NCBI GenBank assembly: GCA_001771185.1
Contig: METB01000001.1
Location: 94,520-158,519 of the forward strand
Direction of reading: 5' to 3'
DNA length: 64,000 nt
Source of the DNA: a candidate division Kazan bacterium RIFCSPHIGHO2_01_FULL_44_14
GTDB lineage: Bacteria > Patescibacteriota > Kazan-3B-28
Part shown: piece after piece, positions 60,111-64,000 of the stretch
Layout: every line of letters starts with the position of its first letter
Numbering within the stretch: position 1 is the stretch's first letter
Program-made: the position numbers and the translations under genes
The notes under the pieces: model-generated
What the model saw: the letters and a program-made list of their open reading frames with translations, nothing else
Database searches by the model: none
What the model was told of the DNA's origin: nothing

Positions 60111-61371
60111 ATTGCTTCATGATCAGTTGAGCCCTGACCTGACGCATGGTCTCTAATGCCACCGATACCACAATCAACAAACCAGTACCGCCTAGAGTTA
60201 AAGTGGTAACTCCGGTCATGGACTGCGCCAATAACGGCAGAACCGCAATCAGACCCAGAAAGATAGCGCCAGCCAAAGTAATTCGATTAGAAACAAAACT
60301 TAAAAAATCGATGGTCTGCTTTCCTGGCCGAATACCAGGAATAAATCCGCCCGATCGCTGAATATTTTCGGCGACATTTTCGGGCTTGAAAATAACCCAA
60401 GTGTAAAAATAGGTAAATCCAACCACTAGAACAAAGTAGAGAATGCCGTAAAAGAGTTGGTCTTGAAACAGTTTTTGGACGGCATTAGCGGCACTGGCAA
60501 TCCACGGCGTTCTGGCCGCCGCAAAGAATGAGGCGATTAGTCCAGGAAACATGAGTAGCGACAATGCAAAAATAATTGGAATGACTCCGGCCTGGTTAAC
60601 TCGAAGCGGTAAATGATTGGTCTGACCAGAAAATAAGCGATTGCCGCCGCCACGCCCGGCATATGCAATCGGGATATTGCGTTGACCTTCGCTGATATAG
60701 ACCACAAAATAAATTGTCACAATGGCCAAGATGACAAAAATAATTAAGTTCATCATTTTCCCCAAATCAAACAATGCCAATGTACTAGACAAAGAAGTCG
60801 GCAAGGCGGCTAAAATTCCCATAAAGATAATTAACGACACCCCATTGCCAATCCCCATCTCGGTAATCAGTTCTCCAATCCACATTAACAGCATGGTTCC
60901 ACCAGTAATCACCAATAAGATAGCAACCATCCGTAATGGTGAAATGGAGCCCAAAATCGACACATCGGACCGCTGAAGCAAAGCCACCATCCCCCAGGCC
61001 TGTAATAATGCCAATGGCACGGTGAGATACCTGGTATATTGATTGATTTTGCGCCGACCGTATTCACCCTCTTTTTGAAGGGCCTCCATGCTCGGCAAAG
61101 CCATCGTCATCAGCTGCATAATAATTGACGCATTAATGTACGGCGCCACTCCCATCATCGCAATCGAGAATTTATTCAAAGCCCCGCCGGAGAATAAGTC
61201 CACCAGTCCCAAAAATTGATTACTGGAAAAGACCTGTTGCAAAGCCACTACATTAACCCCCGGCATTGGAGTGTGAACGATTAATCGAACGATCGCCAAT
61301 AATCCAATCGTAATCAAGATCCGATTGCGCAGATCCTTGTGCTTAACTATTTGGCGAATTACATCCATCAT
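60097..61371 (-). CDS. secY: Preprotein translocase subunit SecY
   Basis: 10-TM protein with SecY motifs (GVAPYINASIIMQL, ...GGTGLLIVVSV). Confidence 0.93.
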   Translation of the reverse strand: MMDVIRQIVKHKDLRNRILITIGLLAIVRLIVHTPMPGVNVVALQQVFSSNQFLGLVDLFSGGALNKFSIAMMGVAPYINASIIMQLMTMALPSMEALQKEGEYGRRKINQYTRYLTVPLALLQAWGMVALLQRSDVSILGSISPLRMVAILLVITGGTMLLMWIGELITEMGIGNGVSLIIFMGILAALPTSLSSTLALFDLGKMMNLIIFVILAIVTIYFVVYISEGQRNIPIAYAGRGGGNRLFSGQTNHLPLRVNQAGVIPIIFALSLLMFPGLIASFFAAARTPWIASAANAVQKLFQDQLFYGILYFVLVVGFTYFYTWVIFKPENVAENIQRSGGFIPGIRPGKQTIDFLSFVSNRITLAGAIFLGLIAVLPLLAQSMTGVTTLTLGGTGLLIVVSVALETMRQVRAQLIMKQYDEI

Positions 61372-61373
61372 AA

Positions 61374-61829
61374 TTACTTAACAATTTTAATTGTACCGCC
61401 GGCTCCCTCAATCTTCTTACGAGCCGGTTCGGAAATAAAGTGAGTTTGAATGGTTAAGTTGGTTGAGATCTCCCCTTCTCCCAAAACTTTGACCCTAGTA
61501 TCTGGACCGATTAACCCAGCTTGATGCAACCTTTCAATGGTTAAGATATTGTCATTCAAATAGCGCGACAAGTCCTTTAGATTCAACCGAAAAACCGAGA
61601 ATTTGCGGTGAGCCCGGAATCCCTTCTTTTTGGCGATTCGCTGGACTAATGGCATCTGGCCACCTTCAAACTTGGCGGACAGTTTTTTACCCGTCCGAGC
61701 TTTCTGACCTTTATTACCCCGACCGGAAGTATTTCCGCCACCAGCACTATTACCTCGTCCAACCCGTTTACGGGATGGATAGCGAGTTCCTTTGACGGCA
61801 CCATGAAGAGTAGTGATTTCTAGCGTCAT
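61374..61829 (-). CDS. rplO: 50S ribosomal protein L15
   Basis: GRGNSAGGGNTSGRGNKGQKAR is Gly-rich, as in L15. It lies directly after rpsE with no intervening L30 gene. Confidence 0.9.
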   Translation of the reverse strand: MTLEITTLHGAVKGTRYPSRKRVGRGNSAGGGNTSGRGNKGQKARTGKKLSAKFEGGQMPLVQRIAKKKGFRAHRKFSVFRLNLKDLSRYLNDNILTIERLHQAGLIGPDTRVKVLGEGEISTNLTIQTHFISEPARKKIEGAGGTIKIVK

Positions 61830-62407
61830 ACGGTTTCCTCCTGGGCTTTTGATTTATTATCTCTATCCCTGCTAGACCTTGAGCCACGTTGTTCAAAAAT
61901 TGCTTTCGGAGAAATCATTTGGCTCAATGCATCAATGGTCGCTACAATATTGCTAATTTTATTGCTCGAACCAAGCATTTTAGCGGCTGCATCTTTTACT
62001 CCAACCAAATCTAAGACCACCCGGACTGGACCGCCAGCAATCAACCCGGTTCCGGACTGGGCTGGTTTAATTAAAACATGAGCGCTTTTGTGCTTACCTT
62101 CCACCAAATACGGCAGAGTTCCCTTATTTAAATAGACCGTTCTCATGTCCTTCTTGGCGTCCGTCACGGCCTTGGCCACGGCGGTAGTCACATCGGCGGC
62201 TTTGCCTAAACCGTAAGCGACTCGACCATTCTTGTCACCAATCACAACTAAAGCCCGAAACCGCATTCGCTTACCGCCCTTGACCACTCGAGTGACTCGG
62301 TTAATCTCAACTACCCGCTCTTCAAATTCCTTGGGAGCTGCAGCCGGACGCCGACGTCCGCCCCGAGCCGAAGAATTTGATCCTGATTGGTTGTGACTAT
62401 CAGCCAT
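61826..62407 (-). CDS. rpsE: 30S ribosomal protein S5
   Basis: VVEINRVTRVVKGGKRMRFRALVVIGDKNGRVAYGLGKA. Confidence 0.92.
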   Translation of the reverse strand: MADSHNQSGSNSSARGGRRRPAAAPKEFEERVVEINRVTRVVKGGKRMRFRALVVIGDKNGRVAYGLGKAADVTTAVAKAVTDAKKDMRTVYLNKGTLPYLVEGKHKSAHVLIKPAQSGTGLIAGGPVRVVLDLVGVKDAAAKMLGSSNKISNIVATIDALSQMISPKAIFEQRGSRSSRDRDNKSKAQEETV

Positions 62408-62413
62408 AATTAA

Positions 62414-62764
62414 TTAAAATTTTAAGCCGTGTTCGCGAGCGGCTTCAGCTAAAGCCCGGACTCGGCCATGATATCTATATTCGCCCCGATCAAGTGCGAC
62501 TTGGGTAACACCAGCCGACTTAGCCGCTTCGGCAATCAGTGCCCCAACTTGAGTAGCAGAGGTGATTTTACCGTCCTTCGATTTAATTTTGATACTATTG
62601 GCAGTCGCCAAAACCTTACCAGACGCATCAATAATTTGAGCATAAATGGCTTGATTACTGCGATAGATTGACAACCGCGGACGATTCATGTTTGATTGCA
62701 ACCGAACCCGAGTGCGATTACGGCGCAATTGGCGTTGCTTGGTTGTGAGAGATTGTTCACTCAT
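62414..62764 (-). CDS. rplR: 50S ribosomal protein L18
   Basis: [17 protein letters not shown]...[17 protein letters not shown]. Confidence 0.9.
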   Translation of the reverse strand: MSEQSLTTKQRQLRRNRTRVRLQSNMNRPRLSIYRSNQAIYAQIIDASGKVLATANSIKIKSKDGKITSATQVGALIAEAAKSAGVTQVALDRGEYRYHGRVRALAEAAREHGLKF

Positions 62765-62772
62765 AAATTTCC

Positions 62773-63312
62773 TTAAGCTGTCTTAGCGGCCTTCCCGGCT
62801 TTGCGTCGAATAGTTTCGTCGCTATATTTAATTCCCTTACCTTTATATGGTTCTGGTTTCTTAATCGATCGGATCAAGGCGGCCATATGACCAACTCGCT
62901 GCTTATCAATCCCGGAAACAATCAACTGGTTTTTGTCTTGTTTGATCTCTACTCCCTCAATAATATCCAGCACGACTGGATGAGAGAATCCAACACTTAA
63001 TACGACCTGGTTGCCACGTAATTCGGCCTTAAATCCCACTCCATTAATTTCTAAAGTCCGAGTGAAACCGTCGGTCACTCCTTTAATATTATTATTGAGT
63101 AGCGAACGAATCAAACCATGCAGGGCTTTAGTCGCCTTAATTTCGTTCAGCCGTTTGACCGCCAGAGTGCCATTTTGCTGTTCCACTACAATATTGTCAG
63201 GGATAACTGTAGCCAGTTCACCTTTGGGTCCCTTAACCTGCACTAACCGATCTGTAATCGAAACGGAAGCGTTGATGGGAACAGTAATTAAAATTTTACC
63301 TATTTTAGACAT
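62773..63312 (-). CDS. rplF: 50S ribosomal protein L6
   Basis: [19 protein letters not shown]..., a two-domain L6. Confidence 0.9.
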   Translation of the reverse strand: MSKIGKILITVPINASVSITDRLVQVKGPKGELATVIPDNIVVEQQNGTLAVKRLNEIKATKALHGLIRSLLNNNIKGVTDGFTRTLEINGVGFKAELRGNQVVLSVGFSHPVVLDIIEGVEIKQDKNQLIVSGIDKQRVGHMAALIRSIKKPEPYKGKGIKYSDETIRRKAGKAAKTA

Positions 63313-63421
63313 GGCTAACGCAATTAAAAATGAAAAATGAAAAATGAAAAATTAAGAAATTCGGAACTATTCGGCTGCACCAATTTTGTAATTTGTAATT
63401 TATAATTTGTAATTTTCATGA

Positions 63422-63823
63422 TTACCAAATCTTGAATAATACTTCTCCGCCCAAATTAACTGTTCGGGCTTGAGTATCGGTCATCACTCCCTGCGAAGTA
63501 GAAACTACCGCAGTGCCAACTCCACCCAGGACCCGAATCAGCCGATTGACTGGAGTATAAATTCGCTGTCCAGGCCGACTTACTCGCTGCAGACCTTGGA
63601 TGACCGAGGCACCGTTGGAAGCATATTTCAGGGTAATTTTAATTTCTTGGAATGAACTATCTTTGACTGGAGATATAACTGCTTCCTTAATATAACCATC
63701 GGCTTGAAGCAATTGAGCAATCTCTAGTTTCAACCGCGAATACGGCACCACGACTAGTGGCTTATGCACAGCCGCCGCATTACGAATGCGAGTTAATAAA
63801 TCAGCAATTGGATCGGTAGTCAT
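63422..63823 (-). CDS. rpsH: 30S ribosomal protein S8
   Basis: MTTDPIADLLTRIRNA..., an S8 signature. Confidence 0.92.
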   Translation of the reverse strand: MTTDPIADLLTRIRNAAAVHKPLVVVPYSRLKLEIAQLLQADGYIKEAVISPVKDSSFQEIKITLKYASNGASVIQGLQRVSRPGQRIYTPVNRLIRVLGGVGTAVVSTSQGVMTDTQARTVNLGGEVLFKIW

Positions 63824-63938
63824 TATATGAATTAGTTAACAGTTAAAGGTTAACAGTTAATAGTTTAGGTAGAAGAGATAGAGATTTATATAAATTTTTA
63901 TTCACTTTTCACTATTAACTTTTAACTTGATTGTTTTA

Positions 63939-64000
63939 TTACCAACTGGCTTTTTTTATTCCCGGTAACTTACCTTGACGGGCCAAGTCCCTAAAGCAGA
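63939..64000 (-). CDS. rpsN: 30S ribosomal protein S14 (C-terminal fragment; the gene continues beyond the window end)
   Basis: Minus-strand translation ends ...KLPGIKKASW*, the conserved S14 C-terminus, in the expected position upstream of rpsH. Confidence 0.7.
   Translation of the reverse strand, partial: CFRDLARQGKLPGIKKASW

Overview
This 64 kb window looks like a compact, gene-dense genome of the Candidate Phyla Radiation (Patescibacteria), possibly Saccharibacteria. That lineage call is an inference. It rests on rpsE and rplO being adjacent with no L30 gene between them, extended NusG/S11/SecE proteins, and a sortase / PEGA / GT4-rich gene content. Nearly everything is on the minus strand.

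The right third (52.3-64 kb) is a long ribosomal / translocation operon run, read on the minus strand. It is partial at the window edge: rpsN(partial)-rpsH-rplF-rplR-rpsE-rplO-secY-adk-map-infA-rpmJ-rpsM-rpsK-rpsD-rpoA-rplQ-rplM-rpsI, then secE-nusG-rpmG-tRNA-Trp.

The middle holds housekeeping genes:
- glyA, pyrG, alr, gyrB, pheS, pheT and gltX
- the cdaA-cdaR (diadenylate cyclase) operon and a GT4 / TagA-like glycosyltransferase cluster
- a sortase, a PEGA-domain protein, and a DnaQ-exonuclease fused to a DinG-like domain
- tRNA-Leu(CAA), tRNA-Gln(CTG) and tRNA-Trp(CCA).

Three accessory areas stand out.

1. A defence / mobile island at 1-7.6 kb abutting tRNA-Gln. It contains a partial macro-domain protein, an unannotatable two-gene operon, an N6-adenine methyltransferase with a DUF262(DGQQR)-HNH nuclease, a large serine recombinase, and a stand-alone OLD-family ABC-ATPase/TOPRIM nuclease.

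2. A 40.6-52.2 kb segment whose genes are separated by two families of ~50-95 bp intergenic repeats. One family carries a perfectly conserved TATAAT core. The genes include a ZIP transporter, a UDG, a TPR / coiled-coil protein with an in-frame 30-bp tandem repeat, a NYN-domain protein, small overlapping ORFs and an SSS transporter. The segment ends in a convergent R-M pair (a gamma-class N6A methyltransferase with a BfiI-like PLD-family nuclease) next to rmuC.

3. Genome-wide families of hairpin-forming intergenic repeats:
- a ~140-280 bp MITE-like element in 3 copies
- 'ttctgg...ccagaatgac' hairpins and 'atgctgaattt..ttcagcat' hairpin modules
- a conserved ~85-nt stem-loop element in 2 copies
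- a (tgtcatt)4 microsatellite.

There is no CRISPR array and no rRNA. The most novel-looking candidate is the macro-domain-linked two-gene operon at 404-1886. Together with the DUF262-HNH/MTase module in the same island, it is worth a closer look.
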